From contig NMRA01000122.1 in the NCBI GenBank assembly GCA_002633005.1, forward strand, positions 562,182 to 626,181: a stretch of 64,000 nucleotides of DNA. The letters are read 5' to 3'. Under the pieces are notes generated by a model. The model was not told the origin of the DNA, did not search any database, and saw only the letters and a program-made list of their open reading frames with translations. Source of the DNA: Phoronis australis (taxonomy: Eukaryota > Animalia > Phoronida). The translations under genes and the position numbers were made by a program. Below, one piece after another: positions 38,386 to 51,950 of the stretch (the stretch's first letter is position 1; each line of letters begins with the position of its first letter).

Positions 38386-41300
38386 ATGGCGGTAGCTCTT
38401 GAAAGACTTAATTTTGCTTGGGAAGTCGTAACTAATCAATTGAGACCTTCCCAGTGCATACAGACAGTCGTGAGTAATTACTGTACTGCTAATGTCATAT
38501 GCTTCCTGTCTGAGAAAAATCTTTTGGCATTGTGTCTAGGCCATATTGTAAAATTAGAAAACCAATCGGTAGGCCTACTAAAACTTGCGGTGCACAGGCA
38601 GTGAGCGCGGGCAATTGGGATTGTGTTGTCTAATTATTTTTTGTTCTAATCCATTTATACCATCCTTTTAGAGAGTTAGCACGATGAAATGCAAGACATA
38701 TTTGTTGGAAAATATTAGGAAAACTCGTTTTCATAGAGTTTTTCGAAAAACAATTCCTTATCATGAGTTCTGAACCTTACAAAACACAATTCATTGAACT
38801 GTAATGCATGCATAATTCATTAATTGTGTAGTACAAGATGTTTGAAAAACTGCCAAGAGAGCTGAACGGAAATCAAATCCACTGCTGTCTGGACTAAGCA
38901 CTTGTAATTGCATCACCTTTAGCTTTAAGGAGCAACTTTGTGACCATTTTTTGCACCATACAATTTCAAACTGTCTTGTATAATCACAACACCTGTTTGT
39001 TCAAATCGAACGATCAAGGTTTACTTTTGATTTCAGGATCCCCAGTCGTTTAGTGAAGCCTTGTCGGTACTGCGCGAGTGCAACATGGATGAGGTCATTT
39101 GTGACTGGTTTCTCGAATCATTACGCCAAGACCTCTCTGCAAACATATCACAGAATTTGTGGCAAAATGTCCAGACAGAGCAACTCAGTGATACGCAAAC
39201 ATTTGACACTTTTGCATCTGTGATTGAAAGATTACATGAGCAGCTGTCCATTTATTTGAAAGTTGTTGAAAGACTTGACCTGCTTGGACTGCAAACAAAG
39301 AGTGGCCATTGTGTGAGGCATCATGTACTGTTGGCATTCAAGGCTATACTGTTCCACAGGACATCGAAACTGTTTCAAGATATGGTGCATGAGTTCTATT
39401 CTGTAGCTTTCCGTGTATATTACAACTCCAGCAAGGATCCAGGTATTGGATTTGTTGTGTTAACTGTGAGCATGTACGAAGTTCTGTGATTTCAAGATCA
39501 TTTTCAATCGTGTAAAATTTGCCCGTTTATTGATAACATTCATGTCGTTTTCCACAATTCTTTTTAACATGAGTCTGTAGCAGTCTTACATTTGAACACT
39601 CCATGGACACTCATACAGTCAAAATTCTTCAATTTCATTCACATTACTTGATTTTACGTTCTAGATAATGAAGGTGAGGAGTCTGATGCCTGTTCTGGTT
39701 GTGTCCAGCTCTCAGTAGACTGCTGTTGTCAAGCATTGATGGCAAAGTTCCACAAGGTTAACACGCAGTTGTACGTATGAGGAAATGTTGTCAGTTGTAC
39801 CACTGGTCATGATCTGTGCTGCATCTATTTGACTGTGAACACCTATCACACTTTTGTTGTTAGGTCTACTTATAGTTGTTTTTTCTAACAGTTATTGGAG
39901 ACATTGGGAATTGTGCTGGCCAAGGTCACATCAGTTGTCCCAAAGTAACTTCTTCCAAACATTCTTGTTTTAGTAATCGATACCTTTTGAAGTGCTTTGA
40001 ATGTTTAAGGTTTAGAATTATTTGGCCATCTGGGGTAGGTGCTGATGGAAATTACTGATCAGTATCTAATGGTGTTTAGTACAAATGAGTTAACAATCGC
40101 TTTTGTTACAGTTCATGTTGGGACAAATACCGTGACTTGTGCTTGCTATGATTTTCCATATTATTTTGAAATTAATCTTTTCTGAGAAATCTGAGGAAGG
40201 GTTAGAAATAAGCACTGTAGTCGAGTCTATATGGTGCGTCAAATACCCAACTGTTTTTTCATCCTTGGTTGTAACTTAAGTTAGAACTTCTTGTCTTTCA
40301 ACAGAAGGGAACTAGAGTTGCTGGACAGGCTGTCCTCCCAGGCTGTCACTAGTATTATTCACCAGAGGATCAAGTTACATATTCAGAACACCTGTGAAGG
40401 AAGCTTTGAGACATCTCACCTGGACTCCTTACAACTGGTAAAATGTTGCAGTCACTTATGTGATATTTTTGACCACTTCAAGTAGATAGCTTAATTCGTG
40501 AAATGATGGTAATCTTGAATCCTCAGATCATGGAAGTTTGGCTTCAGTTGGTTACTGGTCAACATGTTACAACGATGCAGATGTTGACTAGATTGTGTGA
40601 ACTTTTAGGAAGCAATGGCAAATTGTTGAATGGGGCTTGATGTGCAAATTTTAAGCCAAAAAAATGTGGAAACACACTGAATAAAAATTGACTTGTCATA
40701 TCTAAATTACCTTACTGATGGTCCAGGGCCCTGGAGTTGTTGTTGAGGAAAACTAACAGAGGGTAGTGTAACGTACAGGGGAATCAGTGAGTCGTCAATC
40801 CTCTGTAGAACGAGCCAAACATCTCCACAACATTGAAAGAAATATTGTAGTGAGTTTCCATAAATATTTTTGATTCATAGTTTGCACAGCAAGTACTTGA
40901 GCTGAATGAATGACTATGTCCATCTTTTGACTGCATGCGCCTGTTGACATGTGTTGCTGACTCACAATCTGTAAAAAGCAGTGTCTAGTTTCACATTATG
41001 TGAAAAATGGCTAGTCTTTGAGAAACAGTGACTGTTGGATTAAACACATTAGTAAAAATACAGGCAGGACATTGCTTAATGCAGTGACTAAGAAACAAGT
41101 AGTAAGTTGAAAATATCACATTTACTGGACAAGTGTTTTGCCAGTGACATCTATTGGCCAAACTGGATCCACACCCATATCATGCAGGTATCAGAAGTTA
41201 GACACATTTACTGTGTATGACATCTATGGACGATCAATGTTGATTTTTTCTTTCCGTTGTCAAAACAATATTTGTCTTCCATTTCAGTGGCTAGAAGAGA

Positions 41301-44300
41301 CCGTGTTGAAGTGGCTATTGATCGTGTATACCTGTAATGATGAAGTCAGTGACCCTGCGACCTCTGACCTTTCAGGTCATGTCTCCACATATAAAGACAG
41401 GCTGGAATACTACATGAATGAGACGTATGCCAAGATAAGGATCGACGAGTTGTTCACCATAATCATTGAGTACCCTGACTCTGAGCCGGCTCTGTTGGAC
41501 TTAAAGTGCTGCTTAGAAAAGACAGACTTGCGGTCACACGCTATCAAGACGTTGAAGAATGCATTAGAAACCAGACTACTGCATCCAGGTTGGTTGCTTC
41601 TTATTTGTACACTCTCCTATTACGCGAAAGGTATGCAAAGTTGGGATTGTTAAAGTCGTGTACAGCACTCTTAAAAAGTGTTAATTTTGCTTTAGAGGTT
41701 TTTAAGGAGTTTTCTTGGTATAGCAAGTTACATAACTGATCTAAGTATTCAATTGATTCTGTTGCTTGGTACAATTTGTAGATGGTGGTTTTGGCTGTTA
41801 GTGCCTCAAAAAAATCCATGAAATTGTAGCTGTTATTTGTTCATTTTTCAGGGGTCAATACTGCAGACATCTTAACAGCATACATCTCGGCCATAAAGGC
41901 ACTCCGTGTCCTGGACCCTACAGGGGTCATACTGGAGTTGGTGTGTGAACCAGTGCGTAAATATCTGAGGTAAATGAGCATTTTTGAACATCTGATATTC
42001 GACTGTAAAGGCACTGTAGTCTTGTGGGAATCAAGGGATTTGTACTATTACCACTTAAACTTGTGATTGATTAAAGCTGCCTGAAGTACTCTGTGTGGCA
42101 TTTTGACAGGTCATAAATCTAGGAATCTGCAAAAATGACTCTGTAAATGATTATATATGTGTGCATGTGTGGGTGGATGCGTGTGTGCCTGTGTAAATTT
42201 ATATATACCGTATTCGCCGTAATAACCACCCAGGGCGCTTAGAAAAGTTCGTTTCAGGGGGGGGCGCTTATAACCCAAGGCCGTTGAAACCCAGTCTCCG
42301 AAACGGGTGAAATCGGAAGCTCAGATTCATCACATTTACGCTCTGTGACGTATTTGTAATCTATGAAAGACTTACTACAAAACCTTGGTGCATTGCTATC
42401 AAACTTTGCTGCTAAATTACCATCATTTTACACAAAATTGTGCTGAAATCCCAGGGAGAAAACTCGCTGACTGACTGCCTTGCAATCGTCAATATGGCGA
42501 CTTGGATGCTTGAATAAAAATACAGTTTCGACTCAAGCAAATTACCTGAAATCCTCCTTAAGTTTTCCATGATAGCAAGTAGCAGCATATATTAAAGAAA
42601 ACAAAAATGGTTTTAAGTCAACTTGACATGTTTCGGTGTCATTTATTAATTAAAACACCATCATCAGAAGAGAGAATGCAGTGGCCACCTAGCTAGGCCC
42701 AGCAACAAGTAATGAAGCACAGATACAGTCAGTTACAGGGAGTGACAATGAACTAGACCAACAATGACAACCTGTGGTGTGTCAGTTGTCTATTGAGATT
42801 GGGCTTGCACCAACTGATGTGTAGAGCCTCACGAATTTTAAGTTCCTTTGTTGTTACCGCCTGGTCTATTATTGCAAAGTTATTGAAAGAGCACTGCTGA
42901 TAACAATGATTGGAGCTCTGTAGGTGAATATTTACATGTGAACCTCTGTCAGAATTTAGATGTTCCTTGGTCCTGATGATGGTGTCTTAATAAATGACAC
43001 CGAAACATGTCAAGTCAACTTAAAACCATGGTTGTTTTCTTTAATACATGCTCCTTAAGTTTTCCACGTAGCGCCCCTAAGATGTTTAAGTTCCTGTGGA
43101 GTCAGGATTAACGGCAGATTTAAGTACAAATCTGTGTTACATTGTGCCATCTACATGTATGATCAGCAACATGAGAAAAATGTCTGGATGAACACGCATG
43201 TTGTTGTCACGTGACGTTTGTTTTGGAGTTCGTCTGCGTTGAGTAAGCGAGCGCGTGCGTGTCACCAGAGTTCATTTGCCAGAGCAGACACCATCTTTTG
43301 GCCAGAGCCATGCAATCTAACGAGCTTCTAGATGTGCGTTGTATCTAAAGAAATTTGCACAAGCAGTTGGCCTAAACCAGAGCGTGTTTCATTCAACACT
43401 TGGCGGTCTCATGTGCTAAAAACGTTCAACATTTGTCTTGGTAAGGCCCATATTAGTCGCCGTGTGGCTGGATGCCTACGTGACAGTTATTTTTCGGTGT
43501 AAGGGTGTGTAAGCATTCACTGTCAGTGGTCATTTTATTGAATATTTGGCTTAAAAACACCAATTATGGTTAATCAAACTATTCATCTTAAAAATAACGC
43601 AAACATTTTTTATAGTATTAGAAACTGTGGGAAATTTGTACCAATATTCATTTCTTGCCAATGCTATGCTACCCGTTTCATGAATGGATAGTTCCCAACT
43701 AATGTCTTTGATGACAGGTTCTTGTATGTAGCGCGCGCTTCCTGGCCACGTGCTTTTAACACTGGCCAAGCTTTTTATTAGTCTTCGATTCGCGGTTTTC
43801 ATGTATATAAAGAAATTTGGTGAAAGCGGGAAATATCTACAAAGCAATCCCGTTGACAAGTACACTACGCCTGTCCTGAAAGGCCAGACCATTGGTGGTC
43901 TACAAATTCTGCACACAATGATTTTTTTTCAGGGTTGTCGGATATTATTGATAAATTGATGACGTTATTTTAGAATTTTAGGACTGTAAGTAAGGCATTC
44001 TTCACACGTACACGTTCATGGACTGGGCGCTTATTTTAGCAAAGTCTGAAAACACGTGGGGGGCGCTTATAGGGGCATGGGCGGTTATTACAGCAAATAG
44101 GGTACCCAGAAAAGTGCTGTAATTGACAATCTAAGCTTGCATTGAAATGATTGACTGCTAACTTGTGTATTGACTGTGTATTACATAATATTGCATTGAT
44201 TGGTGAACCTTCTTATGGATTTCAGTTTAAGTATGCCATAAAGACACTCTTTCTCTTATTTCCACAAGTTTAAAGTGCAGAAAAAGTTTCATCAATTGAA

Positions 44301-47300
44301 AGACATTTACTAAAATGGGAAAGTCTTGTTCATTACACCTTTAAATTTTTGTGTGCTTTTACTGGTAAATAATAGAAAAGTGAAATTCAATGCTGTTTAA
44401 CCACGACTGTCATTTTATTAGTGGAAATTAAACAGAAATTCAAAAAATATTTTCATGTAAATTGGGTATTTAATTCAGGTTATTATGAGCATTTGATACG
44501 TACTGTAGGAACAGCATTTGGGAATAAATTTAAACTAAGACTGGTGTGCAGTCATACTCCTTCCCTCATGTCTTCATCCGGAAAGAAGTGGAATGAGTGT
44601 TTTTAAGTCTGCACCACTCAACTCTCTATAAGTCATAACATGGCCACTAGGTGGCAGCAGGAGTTTCCAGTTCTGACCACGGTCTCATCGTTGCTCACCT
44701 TTGAGTTTAGGTTACGTGAGGACACCGTACGCTGTATTGTGTCCAGTCTGACTGAGGGGGACAGCAGCGAGCTGGCTGGAGAGTTGATCCGCGGACAGAA
44801 GCTGATTGTGGATGAGAACTGTGCAAGTGAGGAAGACGAGGAGGACGGTCAGCTGTGGACACCTGACCCTGTCGACGCTGACCCTAGTAAGTGGCCAAGT
44901 ATTGGCTAGCCAGTCTTACTACCTCATGCACATTGTCACTGTGTTCAACAACTGCTCATGAGAAAGAAAACAAGTTGTTCACCAGAAAAGATAGGTTTTC
45001 ATGTACCAAGAATCAAGGTGTGTTAGAAAGGAAACGCAGCTATGAGAAAAGAATTGTGTTTATGAGAAAAGAACACGTTTGAGGCAGTCAGGGATAAAGA
45101 CTGGCTAGCCTGAAATAATGATTATATAGTATACAGCTCTTACTCATCTCGGGTCTCCACAGTTTACCATTGTGTAAATGACACATGGGCATTACTTTTT
45201 TGCCTATTACAACAGAATAATTGCAATTTTAGTGTGTTTGTGTATGGTTAAAACAAACACAAGAGAATTAAAAGATGTTCATTTGTTGTGTTGTTGGAGC
45301 CTGCCTGTTGAGCCAGGGTTAATATTTATGCTATAGGGAGACATCAGGATAGTGGGCACCAGGTGTCACCAGTAACCAGGGAGACACCAGGATGCTGATC
45401 AGGTGTCTACCGTTACCTACATTTTAGTTTGAAATTATATTATACCTAACACTGTGAGCTATTTTTCAAATGGACTAACATTTACCCTTCATATCTTATT
45501 CTAGTTAATCCAGTTAGACTGTATTCCCATGTGTTGTGTGTCTATTAAATTTGTTCAGCTATGTAATGTCTACATCTGTAACTGTTTTTAGATTGTCATT
45601 TTGTATCCATTTTGTCCCACCTATAAGTAAGCTTACGTATTCATGAAATATCTGTTCTTATATACAAATTCCTACAGATTTTTGTTTGGCTAGACTGTGT
45701 TCTTACTGGTAATGGTTTGATATAATGTGCCTGCGTTTTGAGAACCAGTCTTCTCCATTGAGTAACGGGCATCAAATTATTCTTAAAATGCGGGTACGTC
45801 ATATCTGACTATTGGCTTCTTACCTATGCTTCTCAGCTTATAGACCAGTTAATGCTCTATTATTATGATTATTGTTATTAGGTAAAACATCAAAGAGCCG
45901 TAGGAACTCTGACATAATCAGCATGCTAGTAAATATCTACGGCAGCAAGGAACTGTTTGTCAAGGAGTACAGAAACCTTCTGGCTGACCGTATACTTACA
46001 CAGTTTTCATACGAGTATGAACGCGAACTGAGGTATCTGGAGTTGTTAAAACTACGGTTTGGCGAGTCTGAGCTTCATGATTGTCAGGTCATGCTCAAGG
46101 ATGTCGCTGACTCAAAGCGGTTGAACGCCAGAATTGTTGAAGAGAAAAAGGCAGAGGAGGCACCCCCTGCTGACCCAGAGGTATATTAATGTATTGGGAA
46201 TGTGTTTTTTCTGAAAGCACTGTCTTGCTTTTGATGTGCCATTGTATGTTTTTGATTTGAAAATTGTTATTGTTTTCTTCAATCTTTTGTATTGTTTGGA
46301 AATTTTATTCAACATAAAACACGATTTTTATCACTAGCTGATTGTCAGTGTTTGTATGTGTCCTTATTTTGTTTTTAATAGGAGATACCAGTGAATGCAC
46401 TGATCCTCTCGGCTCAGTTCTGGCCTCAGTTCCGGGAAGAAAAAATCACACTTCCTGATGTGTTGCAACATTCTCTGGAAACATACACAAAGTCGTTTGA
46501 GACTCTAAAGGGAAACCGTACACTTAACTGGAAGTCTCACCTGGGTGTGATGGAAATTGAGGTGGAACTGAAGGGGCGCACCTTGAATCTCAACGTCTCA
46601 CCTGTGCACGCTGCTATCTTAATGCAGTTTCAAGAGAAAGGTAAAAACTTGTTTCTTCAATTCAAGTTTGGATTCGAAGTGATCTATTGTTGTTTTGTGG
46701 GAAAAATTACACAAGCTCCTTCATTGTTGCATCTTTAAATCTGTACTCTAGTTTTCCTTACTTATTAAAAGTCTTTTTGCTATCTTGCTATATCAGCATC
46801 CTTCTCCACAATTTGTGGCCATTGAATTGAAGTAGTCAAATTTTGGAAATACTAGCCAGTCCTTGTGAATTTTTTTAAGTGTTTTGTGACTCACCAAGTG
46901 CTCTGGCTGTTCCAAGTGAGAAGAGCAATAAAATCTTCGAGACAACTTGAGTACGATTTTATAGGTGTAAGTGACCTAGTTTTGATTTTGTTTTTTCAGA
47001 CACATGGACCATAGAAAATTCAGTTCAATTGTGTTTTGCTGTTCTCCGAAACTTAAATTTTCGTGTCAGAGAGTACAGCTAGAATTGGACAAATTCTGTA
47101 TAATTATAGTTGATCTGTTGAGCTATGTGATTTCAAGTTTTGATGCATTAAATATGTTAGCTGTGTAACCCCATTTTAACATGTTCATGTGGTTCCTCCT
47201 GCATTTCCATAACTGTCTGTCTCGTCTCATTTTCATTCTCTCTTCCACTCCTTCGTCTGCCCCCCTCTACCTTTCTTTACCGTCAACTCTCCTATACAGG

Positions 47301-49336
47301 TAAGTTAAGGAGAACAGACTGATTAGAATGTAACTTAAACTAATTGCAAAGAAATATTATAATTTTGTTGACTATTACAGCCAAGTGGACGACTGAAGAA
47401 TTAAGCTCAACTTTACAAATGCCAGTATCAGCGCTGCGTCGCAAGATCACCTACTGGCAGAGTATGGGCCTACTGAAGGAAGAGTCTCCCGACACATTCC
47501 TATTGGTTGAGGAACACAAGAACAAAGGTCAAGAGGTCATGGTTGTGGATGAGGATGAGACTGAATCTGCCATGGCCTCATCACATGACCAAAGGGAGGA
47601 AGAACTACAAGTAGGTCACACTTGTTAAACAAGGAAATTTGTTTAATTAATTAAATCAGGGGCACTCTGGGATTCATGGGAAATTGTCACCAGCTTCAAT
47701 GATTTTGACACATGGAGTTATCTCCTAAACATGTTCAAGGACTGTTTCATAAAACTTGCTTATAGTCCTAAATCCCAAGACCAAGTATTTATCAAAACGT
47801 GGGCTAGATTAGGACAAAAATTTTCGCTACCCTTTTCTTATGTTCGTGAACAGAAATTTTTGCTAAGTAGTTTTCTTAACCCAACTGATGTAGATTTATA
47901 AGTCTAATGGAGACGGCATGTAGCACCTGGTGTTGGAATTACTTGACTGTATTTAATTACAAGTACATTTCTTAAGTGGGCGTACAGGAGATGAAGTATT
48001 GAACATATGTCAAAATTTCTACTCAGTTGTTCTGCACCGTCACTCACTGTGCAAACTGCAGGCAGATAATTCTACCTTGGAAATGTTTGGTTTTGTGTGG
48101 TTACAAACATGAACGTCATTTTAATCATAGTTCACTGTGACCGCAAGAGTCAAATAAAACTTAGTGGAAGACTATTTGTATTTCCCTGCGTGAGTAACAC
48201 ACGGTGCCACTCAATACTCACTGTTCATTGCTCAAAGAAAGATGAGCAAGTTTTGTACATTTTGGAAATGAAATTCCGAGTGAGGCGGTCATTCTTAAAG
48301 ATCAGGGGCCTGATTCACAAAAGTGACTTTGAACTCAAGACAGAAATTTGGTCTTATGCCCCCACTTCACAATTACTGAATGAAGGTTTAGTCAAGCAAT
48401 TATGAGCATATTGCTGTCTAGAAATTGTAGAAATCATCTCAGTAACTAGCAATTGTGCATATGTTCTCACAAATTTTGCGCTTTTGCTCATTTAATAACT
48501 AAAGTAAGATTTGACTGTTGTTTAGAAATAATTGTATGGAGTGTTAGGCCAAATTCCTTTCTTAAGTTTTAAGTCTCTTGAAACAGGCCCTAGGGCTTTG
48601 CAAGGAAGTCCCGGTAATATAAATTTGGAGTGAGCATTAAACCGAGTGTGTGTAAAGACTCGGCATGCATGGTATATGTCAGCAGTTCATTGAGATGTAA
48701 CTGGTTCAAACCTAGACTTGGGTGGGTTTCTTGTTGGTCTGAATTTAGACCAATTCTGGACAATAGCTTCTTGAATCAAACACCAGATTTGCTTCATATG
48801 AAGCATCATTTAATGGAATTAGTCTCACAACTTGGACCGTCACTTGATTCAGTATGACCAGTTAGGTTTCTACTGTCTCTTATGTAGGACACTGTGCTAA
48901 GTTTGACATCATTGATTGGTAATATGGAATTAATAGTTAGTTATAAAATGTCAACCAGGCAGTGTAACATGGCATAACACATAATACGGAATAACAGTAT
49001 CAAAAGTTAATTCAATTTAAGAATTTGTTGATAATAGCAATATCGTATCTGATAAATCATTGTTTACCCAGTTTCTGCATCATCACTGGCCTGCCTGCCT
49101 AAGTGTAAATTAGTTTCGTTTCTTACCACCAGATGTTCTGGCAGTACATTGTTGGCATGCTGACGAACTTAGAGTCACTTCCCCTGGAGAGGATACACGC
49201 CATACTGAAGATGTTTGCCTCACAAGGACAGTCATCACAGGAGTGTAGCTTAGAGGAACTTAAGGGCTTCTTGGACAGTAAAGTGAAAGACCAGTTATTA
49301 GTGTACTCAGGAGGCGTGTACAGGCTACCCAAGTAG
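38386..49336 (+). CDS. ANAPC2: Anaphase-promoting complex subunit 2 (cullin-like), ~771 aa
   Basis: Exons 38386-38469, 39037-39442, 39665-39770, 40305-40437, 41288-41588, 41852-41969, 44711-44886, 45882-46180, 46382-46640, 47381-47610, 49133-49336 (2316 nt). Peptides: ELFTIIIEYPDSEPALLDLK, RLLHPGVNTADILTAYISAIKALRVLDP, WTPDPVDADP, DIISMLVNIYGSKELFVKEYRNLLADR, YIVGMLTNLESLPLERIH (WHB domain). Confidence 0.96.
42622..42670 (-). ncRNA. Minimal type I hammerhead ribozyme
   Basis: CUU-CUGAUGA-U-GGUGUU-[loop]-GACACC-GAAA-CAU-GUC-AAG: 3-bp stem I, 6-bp stem II, palindromic ACAUGU stem III, GUC cleavage triplet. Confidence 0.82.
42753..42974 (-). pseudogene. C-terminal fragment of a PLE GIY-YIG endonuclease
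   Basis: Uninterrupted frame RTKEHLNSDRGSHVNIHLQSSNHCYQQCSFNNFAIIDQAVTTKELKIREALHISWCKPNLNRQLTHHRLSLLV*. It shows the RxxEH, EALHI and KPxLN motifs of Penelope-type endonucleases. It lacks a start codon, so it is absent from the ORF track. Confidence 0.85.
42973..43014 (+). ncRNA. Hammerhead ribozyme core, inverted copy (5' strand of stem I lost at the junction)
   Basis: CUGAUGA-U-GGUGUC-UUAAUAAAU-GACACC-GAAA-CAU-GUC-AAG with a perfect stem II. The upstream GGUC does not pair directly with AAG. Confidence 0.65.
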
Positions 49337-50214
49337 GTCTAAGGAACACTTAACTGAGTGAAGGGACACCTACAACAATAGAGGCCAATGACTGGTTTGC
49401 TTTGTAAGTGTCATGGAATACCCAAGTTGTAGAATTCTGAGGCGAGTCCTGTGAGGTCTGTAAGGTGAGATTGCTCATCACACTAGTGTAACGTGAGATT
49501 GCACTAGTATTTCGTGAATAAACTCACTCCTTGCTAGTGTACACATTAGCAAAATATCCTCAACTGAAAGTAATTGGATGTAATGTTGAATTATGGGAGA
49601 ACTGACATGTAAACGCATGGAATACTAACTACTTTATTGAATGAGCCAAGATGTATGGTGGAAAATGTCTTGCGAGTGGCTTGTGTTAATTGAATATGCT
49701 CCTGGAGTCTTGTCACGTCAGACTTGTCCAGAGGAACAAGATGTGCTAAGTAAGAGGCCTGATGCAGGTTAATTTTAAGGGTCAAGCGCCGCTGCTCTGA
49801 GTGTCAGTTTTTGTGCAGAGCTGTTTACAAATCACTCAGCAGAATTCAGGAGTTACGGAGGAGTAAGTGACACTACAGTTGTTTGTGCTAGAACTATGAC
49901 AACATTATGCGGTGCATATACTGTGTCAGAACTGTGCTGTGGATATACTGTTGTAAGGTAACTGTCGGTGAATACAAGGGCCATTTGCTGAAATAAGCTC
50001 TGAAATAAAGAATATTGACCTATTTGTTACAGATATCTGTTGAACCCCATACCTTTCAGGTGTTGTGGAAGTTGTCAAGCCCGTATAGAACCAGATTGCA
50101 AAACAGAAGGCTCAAAATAATTGTTATGCTGGTTGTTGGAGAAAATCTACAATTTTGATTTGGCTTATATACAACTAGAGTACATTTCTTCTCCGTAAAT
50201 TTGCTGCTGTTAAC

Positions 50215-51950
50215 ACTTTTGTCTGGTTGTCTGCTTGATATTTCATAAATCCCTGGTTGAGTAAGGTATCTCTAGGGTGTCGCATTCCATTTTTCAATCT
50301 GCCCTGCCTGCAGAACCAGAAGGGCATGGCTTTTCAGTGTTTTTGGGGAAGAGTGTTTCCAGATATCTAGAGAACTGATGGAGGGATTTTAATGAAACTT
50401 GACTCAAGAGGTATGTGATCGCAATGTCACTGCGCCGGCACCAGTCAATTTTTGAGTGGATTCATCCACTGCAGCACTCCTTAGTGGCCGTTTTGTTGTC
50501 GACAGATGGCTTTTTGAGTACATTTGGGCGAAGAGAGTTTTGGGATATCTAACAAGAGAACCATTGAATGGGTTTCCATGAAATTTGATAGGGTATGTAA
50601 CATCACTGCACCGACACAGTCAATTTGCAGGCAATTTTGACCTGTGGAGCACCCGTAGTGACCATTTTGTCTGGTTGTCCAGCTGCCTGTTTGATATCTC
50701 ACAAACCGCAGGTCGTATTTTCAGGAAATTGGGCAGAAAAGTGTACGGAACAACTGGAACTGCCTGTCACTTTTTAATTTGTCCCGCCAAGGGGCAGGCC
50801 TTACCAGTATTTTTGGGGAAGGTCCTTTCCAGATACCTAAGAACTGATGAACATATTTCACTGAAATTTGATTAGTAATATGTTATAATGTGCTAGCCTC
50901 AGTCAATTTAAGTGAAGACTCGATCACTGAAGCACCCCCTAGTGGTCATCTAGTATTTTGGAGGAAAGTATTTCCACATGATTTTGAGAACTGATAGATG
51001 AATTTTGACGAATCTTCCTATAGTGGGTTTTGACAGCAATCTTCTGGCACCAGTTGATTTTCAGATGAATCCAACCTCTACAGCACTCTCTATTGGCCGT
51101 TTTGGTCTTGTCAAGAGGCGTTATATGATGACTGGAGAACAGATCAATAGATTTCAGTGAAACTTTGCAGAGGGTTGTGTGAGGGTTTCACCCAGGATTT
51201 CAAAAAAGTGCATCTAAAATGAGTTTCCCCGGTTCTTCAGGGCATATATTACCAATATAAGGTTGCTACATTTTAGTGACCTCAAATCGAATTGCTGTTA
51301 TAGTGTGGTGTGTAACTGGCGACATGGTTTAGCAAGTTTTTTTTTTTTGTATCTTACATCATTTCTAAAATGAACTTTTTATTCTGGACAGACCAGTGAG
51401 TTCCCAGAATTGTCGTCAGCTGGTGAAAAGAGACACTTATGCTTACTTTCTTACTGCATTGGAGTGTCCAAATGCTGAACAATGCGTCCTAGTTTTGAGG
51501 TCAATTTTTGGACAGATTTGACCACTGCAGCACCTAGTGACCAATTTGTCTGCTTGTCCAGTCATCTAATTGATATCTCAAAGTCCCCTGGCAACACAAG
51601 AGCAGCATATGTCTAATTTTCAATGTGCCACTGGCTTAGGGGCGGGGCTTTACAGTATTTTTGGGTAAGAACGTTTCCTTATGACAACTAATTCACAAAT
51701 CAGAAAGCTGTGATGGCAGTGTTGTGACAAGTAAATTTTTGGGCAAATTTGCCTTATGCAACACATTTGGCATTTTTAGGAAGAGGAGCATTAACTGATT
51801 GCCAGATTTCAGTGAAACTTTTGACATAGGTATGAGAAGGTATTGTGCTGGTACCAGTCATTTTGGGGCAGATTTGACTACTGCAGCACCACCTTGTGGC
51901 CATTAGAGATGATGGCAAGTACCAGTTTTGAGCACATCCCAACACTTGCT
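50215..51950 (-). repeat. Degenerate ~130-bp tandem array of the HINE-like family in reverse orientation
   Basis: Repeated CACTGCAGCACCCCCTAGTGG / GATATCT.AAGAACTGATGGA / TTCAGTGAAACTT blocks, with an AGCAAG-type 5' end at ~51950. Related reverse fragments lie at ~25600-25950 and ~27020-27280. Confidence 0.65.

Larger units (their letters stand above)
42570..43050 (-). mobile_element. 5'-truncated Penelope-like retroelement with inverted pseudo-LTR
   Basis: GIY-YIG C-terminal reading frame, ~80-bp inverted repeats (42585-42667 / 42973-43051) each with a hammerhead core, and a 16-bp target duplication CTCCTTAAGTTTTCCA (42554-42569 / 43051-43066) that is single in the paralog at ~2617. Confidence 0.88.
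42208..44102 (+). mobile_element. Full-length pogo/Tc2-like (Tc1/mariner superfamily) non-autonomous element
   Basis: TA|CCGTATTCGCCGTAATAACCACCC ... GGGCGGTTATTACAGCAAATAGGG|TA, with subterminal GGGCGCTTAT repeats at both ends. No transposase ORF. Confidence 0.85.
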
